From: Takakia lepidozioides
Taxonomy: Eukaryota; Plantae; Bryophyta
Assembly (NCBI GenBank): GCA_030704615.1
Contig: CM060734.1
Coordinates: forward strand, 5,580,001 to 5,644,000
Direction: 5' to 3'
Length of the DNA stretch: 64,000 nucleotides
The notes beneath the pieces are model-generated. The model was not told the origin of the DNA. It did no database searches and worked only from the letters and a program-made list of their open reading frames with translations. Each line of letters starts with the position of its first letter. The stretch's first letter is position 1. Made by a program: the position numbers and the translations under genes. Positions 22,040 to 34,594 of this stretch are shown piece after piece.

Positions 22040-22602
22040 ATGATATAGTCGGTGGCGACCATGACACCCAACATTGCCGTACGGACCCCCCAATAACGAA
22101 TGCGGTGCTATAGTCTGTGGCGACTACAACACCTCACCTGGAGGGCACAGTCATAGGCATTCCACCTCCTATTTCCGTGGACTGTTACCAAGTTCATGAA
22201 GTCGTCAGTTTTGGTTGCCGACCTCCAGCTTTGCGGTGGTTCGGTGTAGGTTCGGGCGAGGGTCGGGAACCTCTGCTCATGCTCATGAACTAGGAACGAA
22301 GTCTAGGAGAACCAGAAAATATGTACACGCTGCCAAAATTCGGCGGTCGTACGTTTTTATGCGACCGTCCAGATTTGGTGGTTACATTTAAATATTTTTG
22401 CAAATAAGTGTGACCGCCTAAATTCGACGATTGTCTGTAATTTAATTTTTTAAATATTAGTACGATTGCCAGTTTTTAGCGGTCGGACATATTAATAGGT
22501 TAGAGCTCAACAATTGTTTTTGACCTCCCTAAAAAACTATTGTTGTTGTAATTTATTTTTTAAACATAATTTTTGATATGTGATAAAAGAATAGCTGTAG
22601 TG
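22040..22602. mobile_element. CACTA-like right end
   Basis: Ends CTGTAGTG exactly where the gag-pol frame is cut; GACCGCC/GGCGGTC-type inverted subterminal motifs at 22330-22490. Confidence 0.5.
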
Positions 22603-25463
22603 AAGGCTGTGTGTATTAATTACTGTCCATCCTACAATCTCTTGTCTGATGGTTGCAATCGTGGCAGGTACTTCACTGATTTTAATGTCCCCTTTTTTTT
22701 TTTGATAAAAACGGGCAGGGTGTTGAGGTGTGTTCATAGCTTCTTCCTCCGGATCTTCCGTTCTCGGAGTATTCGGTTCTCCTTGGGTGTTCACCATGTG
22801 ACATCCTACTGTTGTGGTATGTTTGACCACTAATTGCCCAATATGTTTTAGTTGTGGATGGGCTGCATATACTGTGGCTACTTCTTCATCCGACAGTCCA
22901 CTGGACCAGTCACACACTTCCACTATGCAAGGTCGTTTCTCTCGTGGAATGGTCCCTCGTTGCTTCGTAGTGATAGTGACTTGTTCTGATCCCTTTTTTA
23001 TCGTGAGAGTCTGACTTCCCCAATCATGGTGTGATTGGGCTTGTGTCAACCATGGTCGGCCAAGTAGTGGCGAATATCCTTCTGCCACATCCTCCATTCT
23101 GAGAATGGTTATTGATACTTCGTATACCAGTCCTGCTACTTCCATTGCAAGTCGTCTGATGATACCCAATGGTTGCACTTTTCGTTGATCGGCCATTCGT
23201 ACCGTGAATGGAGCAGGTTCCATGTGCCCCAATCCTAGTGACTTCTTCATCTTCTCTGTCATGATATTCACTCCGGATCCTCCATCGATGAGTACATCCG
23301 TTACCAGCTTCCGTCCAATACGTACTTGTATTACATGTATTGCTTCGTCGTAGTCTGGAGTTTGTTGTATAGTTGTGGGTTTAATCGTGTAAACCTCTGG
23401 TGTTGGTTTTTGTTTTGGTGTGGGGGTCAATGCCATAATTGCCCGAGATAAAGTTTTCTTGCAGTGTGGAGCAATTTTTAATAATGTCCAATGGTAATTT
23501 GGGTCTTGGTCTGGCATATTACTTTAGCCAATTCTGTTTCCGTGGTTGCATTCGTGGTCTTCATCGTTGGTCTGATTTGATTATTTGGAGTTGGCTCTCC
23601 AGAAGGTATATGGGTTCCCTCTTGCATTTGAGCTATGACTTTACTTACCTCCTGGTGTAAGCTCTTTTCTTCCTGCCATGCTGCCCTTTCTGGATATTGT
23701 TTTTGTTCTTCTCAATCTCATTATCTGGAGGTTTCTGTTTCTTAGCCTGAGTTCGGGTTACCGCAAGGGTATCCACTACAGGAGTTACCACACTTACGGC
23801 TACACTCGGTCCGGCTTCTATATTTCCCACTTCTGCCTCATGCTTGATTCGCAACTGACATTCATGTTTCCAGTGTCCCTCTTTCTTGCAATAGTGACAT
23901 CTCGTGATTTCTTTGTTTCTGGTTTGATGTTGTCTATCCCGTGGTGGATAGTCATCTCGTGGCCTCTGATAACGATTACCCATATTGTATCGTCTTGGTC
24001 CATCCGATCCTCCCCGTCGGATTTGGACTTGGTGTACCCCCACCTCTCGTGTGTACCCACTTTTCTTGGCCCGTTGATTGTAAATACAATGGCTGGTATT
24101 ATGATTATTTGTCTTTCATGTGGCATTTTGTTGCCAAGTGTCCTGCAGTCCCGCATTTGTGACACCATATTGCCTTTCGTGGCCCTTCATCTTTTAAATT
24201 CTTGATAGCCTCTGCTATCTTCTGATCCAAAGTGGTTTTGTCAATCACTTCTTTCTTCTTTTGCTTGAGCTTTTCTTCATCATCAGAGTCTTCATCTTCC
24301 AAAGGATCCTTGGAATCTTTACTTCTGCTCTGATGAAATCCCAATTCCAATTTCTTTGCAGTTCCTACTGCTTCAGCCAAAGTGTTGTTAGGCATGACTG
24401 TAACCATGGTTACCTATTCAGGACGAAGTCCATTGATGAACCATGATTTTTGCAAGTCGTCACCTGGTGCTTGAGGTAGCTTCCTAATCAGAGTCTTCAT
24501 TCTCTCCAGGTAGTCGACTACCAATTCTTTCTTTTTCTATCTCAGGTTCTGTAATCCTGCAAAGATTTCAGACGTGGATTTGTTGGATCTATATCGTTCT
24601 TTGAAATGCGGCTCTCATATCCGCCCAATTTGCAAAGTGATTAGCTGGAAAGGTTGCCAACCATTCAATGCATTTTTCTGGCCACTGAACAAGGAAATAA
24701 TCGGATATTTTCCTGGTCTGTTACTTCATTGTAAATGGCGCACATGTTCTCAAATTGATTAAGATGGATATCCGGATCAGATTTCCCATCATATAAAAAG
24801 AAACGGCCGTCTGGTTTTGCTTGCTGCTAAAGCCATTGGTGCTGCTGGTGCAACTGGTTGTCCAAACTGGAATGGTCCCGCTGCTGCTGGCTGTGGTGGT
24901 GTTGGGATTGTCAAGGCTAGTGGTGTTGTTGGTGTTTGTCTTCCAAACAATGATTCAAAGCTAGGAGGTCCTTGTCCCAATGATAGCCGTCTTCCAGCTG
25001 CTGTCCCTATTAAGCTTAATGAATCTTTTAAAGCTTTGAGTGCAGTCCTGGTTATCCTTTCTGGAGAACTAGTTTCATTTTTTTCCCCTTCTTCACTCAG
25101 AATATTCTCAAATCTTTCTTCCAATATTTCAGCAAAACCTCGATTTGGACTTGTTACTGTAGAAGGTCCTTCAGATCTTTCTTGTGGTAACCATTTGCCA
25201 AGTGCATTACTTGCAACTCCTTCTGGTGTAGTGTTCTCACTTTCCAAGGATCCGATTTCCTGATCTTCTGTTTTATCACTGTCAATTTGTCTTGATGTCT
25301 CACGTTGAATAATATTCAAGTTTTGTAATTCTGGGAACTCTTTTCTCAACCGAGCTTCCCTTTCTGCAGCATATTTCTCTATTCTTTCAGCTCTGTCTTG
25401 CTTAGCTTTTTCCTTAATTTCCTCATTCATTCCCACATCATATATAAAATCCCTTTTCAGCAC
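22603..25463 (-). pseudogene. gag: Ty3/Gypsy gag-protease remnant
   Basis: Gag core (YDGKSDPDIHLNQFE), CCHC knuckles (CHKCGTAGHLATKC, CHYCKKEGHWKHEC), aspartic protease VLIDGGSGVNIM...LLGRPWL; multiple frameshifts. Confidence 0.9.
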
Positions 25464-25697
25464 CCTTTAATAAGCCTTGGTATGTCAGTAAAGAAAAATT
25501 ATAGTGGTTTCTACCATTTCTCCAAGATTTACACTATCTTGCCAGAATCCGTATCACGACTTAATTTTCCTTTACTGATTGATCACCAATCTTTTAATGG
25601 GCACAATAATACCATTTGTCGGAGTTAGACTTGTTAGAACTAACCTTGAAGACTATCCCAGTTAGTTCCTTCTTGAACTGCCAAAGGGCCCAAACAA

Positions 25698-26160
25698 CAC
25701 TACAACAAGAAGTGGGTTTTTCGACTCTATGTTTGACTCTTTCTTGAGTTGTTTGTGACATTTTTACTGTCGCCCTCGATAGTGAAATTGCTCTGACAGG
25801 TAGTGACAATGGGTCGAGTCGTTTCAGTCAGGCAGTGAAACCGAGATGTCAGGTTCTGACAATCAAATGTGACAGTAAAACAGTGGGACCCACCCGACCT
25901 TGGAGGATGTATGACTTGGAGTAAAATTGTTTCACTACAGTAAAGTAGATCAACTGACTTTTAGGTGAATATATAGTGAAATTATCAATTGTGCATAGTG
26001 CAGGGTTTTACTGTGAATCAGTGAAAATGCTAGTATTTTAGTAAATATGTTTCACTACATAGATATATATAGATATATATAGATATAGATATATAGATAT
26101 ATAATCAATTATATATATATATACATATATATTGGTTTTGATTCACTGCTTCACTAAAAA
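25698..26160. mobile_element. CACTA-like left end
   Basis: Starts CACTACAACAAG; followed by repeated TGACA and AGTGAAA/TTTCACT motifs and a (TA/GA)n tract at 26060-26131. Confidence 0.5.
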
Positions 26161-26340
26161 TACATTACAAATCCAAGAAAACATACAATACAAATGCAAC
26201 GCAGGTACCAAAAACATTTGGATGGCTCAAAACAATTTTTATTAATAATAATAAAATGGGACAGTGGGCATGCTGCTGCTAATTTCCAGCTTCCGTGCTT
26301 GTCATCTTCATGCACTTAATATGCATGTCTAGTATCAAAA

Positions 26341-26455
26341 TGTCAGGAGTATGAAATCTCCCTGAATGTAGGCAAATGTCAAATTTTGGTTACAAATGGC
26401 AAACTATTGGGCCATATTGTATGTATCCGAGGAATATCGACTGACCCCACCAAGC
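26341..26455 (+). pseudogene. Short Ty3/Gypsy reverse transcriptase fragment
   Basis: CQEYEISLNVGKCQILVTNGKLLGHIVCIRGISTDPTKL matches the RT C-terminal motif SLNxxKCxF...LLGHIVSxxGIxxDPxK. Confidence 0.75.
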
Positions 26456-26811
26456 TTCCGACATATACAGGTACGTTTCATGCGTTGGACAGCTGCGATG
26501 TCTCAGATCTGCTTGCCCCTATTACATACGAGAGAGAAGTCACAATGAGAGATTCAGGCTCGGACATTACAACGGTAAATTCAAACCGAGTTCTACGGTG
26601 CCGGACAACACATTCTAGTGTGCAATCTGCAAACATCCACCAACATGCATGGATAGGTGCCCTGCAACGATGAACTACCTGACGGGACCTCCGACCATGA
26701 CTGTTACAAGGCTCTCTGGGATAGGTAGTTTGACGGGTTCTGTGGGGTACCCTTAATTTTGCGCAAGCCTTAAGATGTGGCAGACTTAGACCAACATAGG
26801 CTTTAGGGGTG

Positions 26812-26970
26812 GCAGACAGGTTCACACAGTCAACAGTCACAGGCTTACATATCCTATCACAGTTTGTCACAGCCCGACACAGCCAGTCACAGTCTGACAC
26901 AGTCACAGCCCGACACAGTCAACATAGTCCGTCACAACACCACATGACACAGCCGACACGGGTCACAGGG
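26812..26970. repeat. Degenerate short repeat array (CACAG/GACAC)
   Basis: ACAGTC/ACAGCC/GACAC units repeated many times. Confidence 0.75.
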
Positions 26971-26973
26971 TAG

Positions 26974-27605
26974 TGTTCTCACTGGCGGGGAACGAGAGTG
27001 CGGGAACGTCATCAACATAGGGCTTGACAGTGCTTACGTACTGTCTTGGCTGGCAGTTAGTTAGTTAAACGGTTAGAACAGCTGCTTGCAGATACATTAT
27101 GCAGAGTAGCTACATGGATGGCATCACTTCTTGGAGCACGATCCGGGAGCACAGGGATGAGAGAGCACACGGAGGAGGAGAAGACGATCTGATGTAGCTT
27201 GATACATGGAAGCTGTAGAGATGTACTGTAGGGCAGAATAGAAACACTATGGCTTCGGCCTGACACATGATAGATATTAATACGATTCCTATTTCATAAT
27301 CACACTGTGTAGAGAGACCTCAGTGAAGCTGTGGAATGAATGCTTAAGAAGATGGAACATGGCAGATTGCAGAAGCAATCTGACACTAAATCATAGGCAG
27401 TAAGGTAACTTACTAAACATGAATGCAAGAAGGAATAGGTATAGGAAAGCAACCCCATGATACACTAGTTGTAGGTCATGACTGATTGTTTTGAGCGGGC
27501 TGAGTACTGAGAGATTTCCAACTCTTCTATCTTGGAGTTTCCACCTTGGACAGCTAAGGGATGGGTGAGTAAAAGCCGTTCAACATTTGGCGACCATACT
27601 GGGGA
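26974..27605 (+). mobile_element. 5' LTR (26974-27585) plus PBS of a truncated Athila/Tat-like element
   Basis: TGTT...AACA termini followed by TT-TGGCGACCATACTGGGGA, the PBS pattern of non-chromoviral Gypsy lineages. Confidence 0.6.
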
Positions 27606-27732
27606 ACTGAGTCAAGAACAACCAGATGTGATGCCTCATTAAAGATATGAAAGACATGGGTCATGAGTGATGTTCAAGGGAAGCTAGACTTCAGAGATAT
27701 TCAGCCAAAAAAGAAAGTTATTTAAAAGCTAA

Positions 27733-28274
27733 TTATCCATATCTCTGGGAGAGATGAATAGATATAGGGGAATCATCTGGACCTCTCACACCACCAAGGC
27801 CAGAGAGTACATCACCTATACTGTACCGGAAGTGCCAGAACACCAACCAGTCCTCCAACTCCTTCAATTGGATCCTACTAACACCTCCAGAGGAGAACCA
27901 CCAAGCACATATTGCTTGATACGTGCTCTCAGCCTCTCCCATTGTGGTGGCATTTTTGTACATGAGGTAAAGCCTCCTGTGCTCCATTTGAAGGTCCGCT
28001 CAAATGCAGCGCTTTGTATGTCTATGTAGAGATTGAGTCCCATGGAACATGCATGTGTGCTCCCCAAATCCAAAGACTCGTCGCACTGCTTTGAAGTTTG
28101 CCTGTGCACTATCAGCCATGAACCCAACAAAATTTGTGTTCTGAACTCCATTGCGCTCCATGACCGCCAGGAGAGAATTCCACATGAGCATTTGGGACTG
28201 CGTGTCCTCGGACGGCATAACACAAATTGCTATGGACAGGACACACTAGTACACTGGATCGTAAACATGGCACG
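27733..28274 (-). pseudogene. MULE-like transposase, 3' part
   Basis: [22 protein letters not shown]...FVGFMADSAQANFKAVRRVFG...LEDWLVFWHFRY; continues from 34595 across the TSD. Confidence 0.7.
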
Positions 28275-28310
28275 ACTTTGTCCCGAGGCTACACGATTAT
28301 AGTACGTGAA

Positions 28311-31300
28311 TGCCGACACGTAATTCCGCAAGATCTGCTTCACTACGGAATTCACCCTTTCTGTTTGGCCGTCGGTCGTAGGTCGGAAGGCGGTGCTCAT
28401 CTTCAGCCTCGTCCCCATCTTCTTCCAAAGTGCTCTCCAGAATTTACTCGTAAACTTTGGATCGCGGTCTGAGACAATATCCTTCAGGACTCCATGATGC
28501 TTTAAGACGTGGGCGAAGTAAAGTCGCCCTGTCTCCTGCGCCGTTGCCGTCTCCTTGGTGGGGATGAAATGGCCCATTTTACTGAACCTATCTACCACCA
28601 CCATGATTGCATCGAATCCTTTTGACAGCGGCATAGCAGTCATGAAATCCATCGAGACGCTTTCCCAAGTCCCCTCTGGAATCGGCAAGGGTTGTAACAG
28701 CCCCGCTTGCTTTTTGTACTCGCTCCGGTCTTGTTGGCATGTGGTGCATGTCTTGACATACTCCTCTGCCTCCTCCCTCAGTTTGGGCCAGAAATACTCT
28801 TTCTTCAAGAGTGCCGCAGTGCGCTTGGCTCCGCCGTGGCCCGCAAGCGGGCTATCATGGCATTCTTTCAAGAGACTATCCCTGATCCCTCCCTTCGGCA
28901 CGTAGAGACGTTTTTGCTTATACCGGAGCAGTCCATTTTGCAAGTGGAACTGCGATTTAACCCCCATCCTCAAGTCCTGCATCACGGACTTCGCCAGCTC
29001 ATCCTTCCGGCAAGCCTTCCAGATCTTCCTTTGGAGTGCCGTCTCGCCCTTGTACACCAACAAGAGCTGCTGCTTTCTACTTAAAGCATCGGCCACCACA
29101 TTGTCCCGTCCCGGTTTGTACTGGATATCCACGTCGAACACTGCCAAAGTATCTTGCCACCTAAGTTGTTTTGGGGACAACTTGGGCTGCGTGGCAAAAT
29201 ACTTCACCGTGACATTGTCCGTGAACACCTTCACTGGGTTGGAACCAACATAGTGGCGCCAGAGCTCAAGACAGTGCACCACCACCTTCATCTCTTTCTC
29301 GTGCGTCGGCCACCGTCGCTCCACTTCATTCAGTTTCTTACTTTCGTAAGCCACTGGACGTCCATCTTGCATCAGCACACCACCAATCGCGAAGTCCGAC
29401 GTATCTGTATGTATCTCAAACAGACGATCGAACTCCGGGATTTTCAAGACTGGAGCTTCTGCCATCCGCTGCTTCAATTCAGCAAAAGCTTGGCCACAAA
29501 AGGTGTTCCATGCCCAGACTTTAGATTTACACAGAAGGTCTGACAGCGGCCCCGTAATCTTGGCCAAATTTCTCACATACTTCCGGTAATAGGAGGCGAG
29601 TCCTAGGAAGGATCGCACTCCCGGGACCGAAGTCGGAGGCTCCCAGTCCAAGATCGCCCTCACCTTTCTGTCATCCATTTTGATCCCATCCTGTGTAATC
29701 ACATGCCCCAAGAACTCCACTTTCGTGACCCCGAATTCGCACTTTGAAGCTTTGGCGTACAGCTTCCCTTCCCGCAACTTTTGGAACACCCTTTTGAGGT
29801 GCTCCAGGTGCTCCTCCTTTGTTTTCGAGTACACCAAGATGTTGTCGATGTACACGATCACAAAGTCATCCAACCACTCCTGGAAAAGGCTGTTCATCAG
29901 CGTGCTAAAGGTCGCAGGTGCATTGGTGAGCCCAAAAGGGATCACCAAGAACTCATATGAACTATACCTTGTCCTGCACGCGGTCTTCTCCTCATCTCCT
30001 TCCGCCACCCGAATTTGATGATAGCCGGAGCGCAAGTCGATCCGGCTGAAATACTTCGCTCCTGCCAACCGATCGAAGAGGTCATCGATCCTTGGCAAAG
30101 GGTACCGGTTTTTGATAGTCACCTTATTCAGAGCCCTGTAATCAATACACATCCGCAGCGTCCCATCCTTCTTGTCTGCAAATAGCACCGGGGCTCCGTA
30201 AGGTGACTTACTCGGCCGGATGTACCCCTTTGACATTAGATCCTTGAGCTGAGTCTTCAGCTCGACCAACTCCCTGTGGCTCAACTGGTAGGGTGCCTTG
30301 GCAGGCGGTTCCGATCCCGGTATCACCTCAATCTTGTGGTCAACTCCTCTTCACGGTGGCAAGCCGCTTGGTAAATCCTCCGGCATCACATCCTGGTATT
30401 TCTCCAAGATCCCCTTGATCCAATCTGGGCTCGGCTCCCCATCGCCTTCTCCTTTCACTTCTCTAATGTAAAGCAAGAACTGGGGTTCGTGTGCCTCCTC
30501 CACGGCCCACTCCCTTGCTGACAGAAGGTTTATTCGCCCTCCCACGGATTTGGGCGTTTCCGACACTCGTAAGACCTCGCCACCATTCCCACATGGCAGC
30601 GTGACTACTCTCTTGCGGCCATCTATGACCGCTCCGGATTTGCTCAAAAAGGTCATCCCTAAAATGAGATCTACTCCATCGATCTCGCAGATGGTGAAGT
30701 TCTCACGTCCCTCCCAACTCCCCAGTTGAAGAGGAACATCAATCGCCAACCTTGTCGCCAACTGTGGTTCTCCTTTGGCAGAACGCACCTCAATAGAGGC
30801 CCCCACGTCACTTGTCGGGAGTCCCAGCTTTTGTGCCGTTGCTGGTGTCATGAAGGAGTGCGACGCTCCTGTGTCCACCAACAACGACACATTAGTTCCG
30901 GATATTATCCCATCCACGAACAATAACTGACTCCCTTTTCGTAAGGCGCCAGTTTCCTGATACAACTCACAAGAAAATTTGCCTACCTTGCAAGTCCTGG
31001 CGACCACCGCTTCCACCAAGCGACTGATGGTATCTTCCGACAGCTCCGTGGTCGCCCGAGTCATGTTCAATTGCCGGGGTTTCGTGCACTTCTTGGCCAT
31101 GTGCCCGGGCTCCCCGCAATTGAAACACACTCCATCAAAGGTCGCCTTCTGTCCGCCATAAGCCGCTCCACCCGCTTTTCCTTTCGGAGCACCGGGTGCC
31201 GCCTTGACGTGTGAAGGCCCTCCCTTCGATTTCCACGTGCCATTATCGCCGCGTGGCCTATCCTACTTCTTTTCCGGTCGGAAGGGTCACCTTCCCGCCG

Positions 31301-32146
31301 AATCTTCTTGTGGTTCAGCTCCGTACGGCCTTGTCTTTCACCCCTAGGGACATCCGAGAAACATTCAGCCCTCTCAATTGCCTCGTTCAAAGTCTTGGGT
31401 GGCTTCTCCTCCAACTTCCGCCTGGCCCATGGGGCCAGTCCCGCCACAAAGTTGAAGACCATTTCTGGTTCTGCCATGTCCGCGACTTCGAGCAACAGCA
31501 CATTGAAAGCCTGGACGTACCCCCGAATGTCATCTGTTTGCTTCAAATTCCTCATCTTGTCCCGGGCAAGCCAGGACGCGTTGAGGGGCACAAACTGTCT
31601 CTTCAACAATTCCTTGAACCCACTCCAGTTCAAGGTTTCCAGACTTGGACCTCGGTCGTGAAGGCGTTTCTGCCACCATTGTTGAGCATAGCCCCTCAAA
31701 TAGGTGGGAGCCACTTCCACCCGATCCTCGTCACTCAACTTGGCCGCCCGGAAGTACTGCTCTAGCTCCAAGAGCCAGGTGTTGAGTGCCTTCCGATTTC
31801 GGACGCCCTCAAAGGTGCCGGGTTCCTTAGGCTTCACCTTAAACTTTGCCTTAGCGGAAGTGGCATTAGCCGCCTTCAACACGTCTTTCAACGTCCCGCC
31901 AAACTGCGCCAACAACCCTTCCCAAAAGGCTGCCGGCATGGGATGCATCTCTTGGTTTGTCGGAGCTCTCAAGGATTCCTCGGGCTCCGACTCCTCGGAT
32001 TCCTCCCGCTCTTGGGCGGCCTCGTTTTCGGAAACATGCATCGCTTCCTCAAATGGCCGCCTCGGTGACACGCCGCCCCCATCGGGCTCACCGGGATCAT
32101 CATCTTTTGGGCCGTTCCGCTTTCGCTTCGGCTTGCCCGACCCCAT
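28311..32146 (-). pseudogene. pol: gag-pol (gag, CCHC, protease, RT, RNase H, integrase truncated)
   Basis: LVDTGASHSF, YIDNIL (YxDD mutated), [22 protein letters not shown]...[17 protein letters not shown]; one frameshift and one stop. Confidence 0.95.
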
Positions 32147-32201
32147 GATGAGGCCAATCCCAAGGACGATCGCGTACTGAACTCTAAGCTCTGATACCAA
32201 G

Positions 32202-32926
32202 TGTCGCGCACCTCAATTCGGTAAACTCCCCTTCAAGTCATAGTTACTCGCTTTGATGCGCGCGCCTGACTCCCAACCTGGCCGCCGGGCCAACTTGGAG
32301 CTTCGGCTGCTCACCGGGACATAACGGTCCTCTTTCGCTTCACTCTAAAACCCTCCACCTAATTGGGACTAGGAGAATTCCCTTTGGTAGATGGCAGTCC
32401 GGAACAGCTCCCCACTCTTTGGTCGCTTTCCGGCTCGCTCGCTTACTCACTAGTTTTTGGTCACCACGGGCTTGCACCGTTCTCGGGGTTACTACTCCCT
32501 ATATATACTTCTGTAGCTGTCCGCGGGGGTTTCACAACCAGCCATGCCATTTTATGGCGAACCACCACGAAGACCCTCGATTCCCGGTGGTGAGTCGCGA
32601 TGAGTCTTGGCCCGCTCACCACGGCCCCTATGGACCGTGATGAGTCCCAAGACTCCCCACGACTCCCACCACGAGGTCTCCGCCCCCATGGTGAGTCCTA
32701 TGCCACCCCCACTAAGTCCCACTAAGCTACCACCACCCCTTGTGGAGCCACCCCCACCGCAACCCGGTGTGCGGGGCTCCACCTAGTGAGCGCCTCCGCT
32801 TCCCTGAGTGCCTTGGGCACTCAAGGGTGCCTCAGCCCCCCATACCTATCGCTGCCGCTGCCCCCACCACAGGGGCAGCCCCTCATGTGTCCCGACCCCC
32901 TGCCCTCAAGGAAAAGGGCCGCGACA
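32202..32926 (-). repeat. Chromovirus LTR (inner copy)
   Basis: TGTCGCGG...GCGCGACA; PBS at 32188-32199. Confidence 0.95.
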
Positions 32927-33850
32927 AACTGTGGTTCTCCTTTGGCAGAACGCACCTCAATAGAGGCCCCCACGTCACTTGTCGGGAGTCCCAACTTTCG
33001 CGCCGTCGCCGGCGTCATGAAGGAGTGCGACGCTCCTGTGTCCACCAACAACGACACGTTAGTTCCGGATATTATCCCTTCCACGAACAATAACTGACTC
33101 CCTTTACGCAGGGTGCCAGTTTCCTGATACAACTCACAAGAATAGTTGCCTACCTTGCAAGTCCTGGCAACCACCGCTTCCACCAAGCGACTGATGGTAT
33201 CTTCCGACAGCTCCGTGGTTGCCCGAGTCATGTTCAATTGACGAGGTTTTGTACACTTCTTGGCCATGTGCCCGGGCTCCCCGCAATTGAAACACACTCC
33301 ATCAAAGGTCGCCTTCTGTCCGCCATAAGCCGCTCCACCCGCTTTTCCTTTCGAAGCACCGGGTGCCGCCTTGACATGTGAAGGCCCTCCCTTCGATTTC
33401 TACGTGCCATTGTCGCCGCGTGGCCTATCCCACTTCTTTTCCGGTTGGAAGGAGTCACCTTCCCGCCGGGTCTTCTTGTGGTTCAGCTCCGTACGGCCTT
33501 GTCTCTCAGCCCTAGGGACATCCGAGAAACATTCAGCCCTCAACGTCCTTTCAACGTCCCGCCAAACTGCGCCAACAACCCTTCCCAAAAGGCTGCCGGC
33601 ATGGGAGGCATCTCTTGGTTTGTCGGAACTCTCAAGGATTCCTCGGGCTCCGACTCCTCGGATTCCTCCCGCTCTTGAGCGGCCTCGTTTTCGGAAACAT
33701 GCATCGCTTCCTCAAACGGCCGCCTCGGTGACACGTCGCCCCCATCGGGCTTACCAGGATCATCGTCTTTTGGGCCGTTCCGCTTTCGCTTCGGCTTGCC
33801 CGACCCCATTATGAGGCCAATCCCAAGGACGATCGCGTACTGAACTCTAA
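32927..33850 (-). pseudogene. gag: Internally deleted gag plus partial protease (outer copy)
   Basis: Same sequence as the inner copy but missing ~500 bp of gag at ~33540 and cut inside the protease at 32927. Confidence 0.9.
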
Positions 33851-33864
33851 GCTCTGATACCAAG

Positions 33865-34594
33865 TGTCGCGCACCTCACTTCGGTAAGCTCCCCTTCAAG
33901 TCATAGTTACTCGCTTTGATGCGCGCGCCTGACTCCCAACCTGGCCGCCGGACCAACTTGGAGCTTCAGCTGCTCACCGGGGCATAACGGTCCCCCCTTT
34001 GTTCTCCCAAAGAACCCTCCACCAATTTGGAACCAGCGGGAATTCCCTTTGGTAGTTGGCAGTCCGGAACAGTTCCCCACTCTTTGGTCGCTTTCCGGCT
34101 CGCTTGCTTACTCACTAGTTTTTGGTCACCAACGGGCTTGCACCATTCTCGGGGTTACTACTCCCTATATATACTTCTGTAGTTGTCCGCGGGGGTTTCA
34201 CAACCAGCCATGCCATTTTATGGCGAACCACCACGAAGACCCTCGATTCCCGGTGGTGAGTCGCGGTGAGTCTTGGCCCACTCACCGCGGCCCCAATGGA
34301 CCGTGATGAGTCCCAAGACTCCCCACGACTCCCACTTCGAGGTCTCCACCCCATGGTGAGTCCTATGCCACCCCCACTAAGTCCCGCTAAGCTACCACCA
34401 CCCCTTGTGGAGCCACCCCCACCGCAACCCGGTGTGCAGGGCTCCACCTAGTGAGCGCCTCCGCCTCCTTGAGTGCCTTGGGCACTCAAGGGTGCTTCAG
34501 CCCCCGTACCTATCGCTGCTACTGCCCCCACCACAGGGGCAGCCCCTCTTGTGTCCCGACCCCCCCCTTGCCCTCAAGGCAAAGGGCCGCGACA
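33865..34594 (-). repeat. Chromovirus 5' LTR (outer copy)
   Basis: TG...CA termini; PBS at 33851-33862. Confidence 0.95.

Larger units (their letters stand above)
28275..34594 (-). mobile_element. Nested, deleted pair of Galadriel-type chromoviruses
   Basis: TSD GCACG (28270-28274 / 34595-34599); LTRs 33865-34594 and 32202-32926, each followed by a Met PBS; no 3' LTR. Confidence 0.9.

Noticed and set aside
22596-26059. A second permuted element bounded by TGTAGTGAA...TTCACTACA
   Set aside because: Flanks TAGC/TAGA are not identical, no LTR or PBS is present, and both motifs are better explained as a CACTA terminus and subterminal repeats.
28555-32180. Many plus-strand ORFs antisense to gag-pol (and equivalents at 45084-49411)
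   Set aside because: Shadow ORFs of GC-rich retrotransposon coding sequence with no domain signal.
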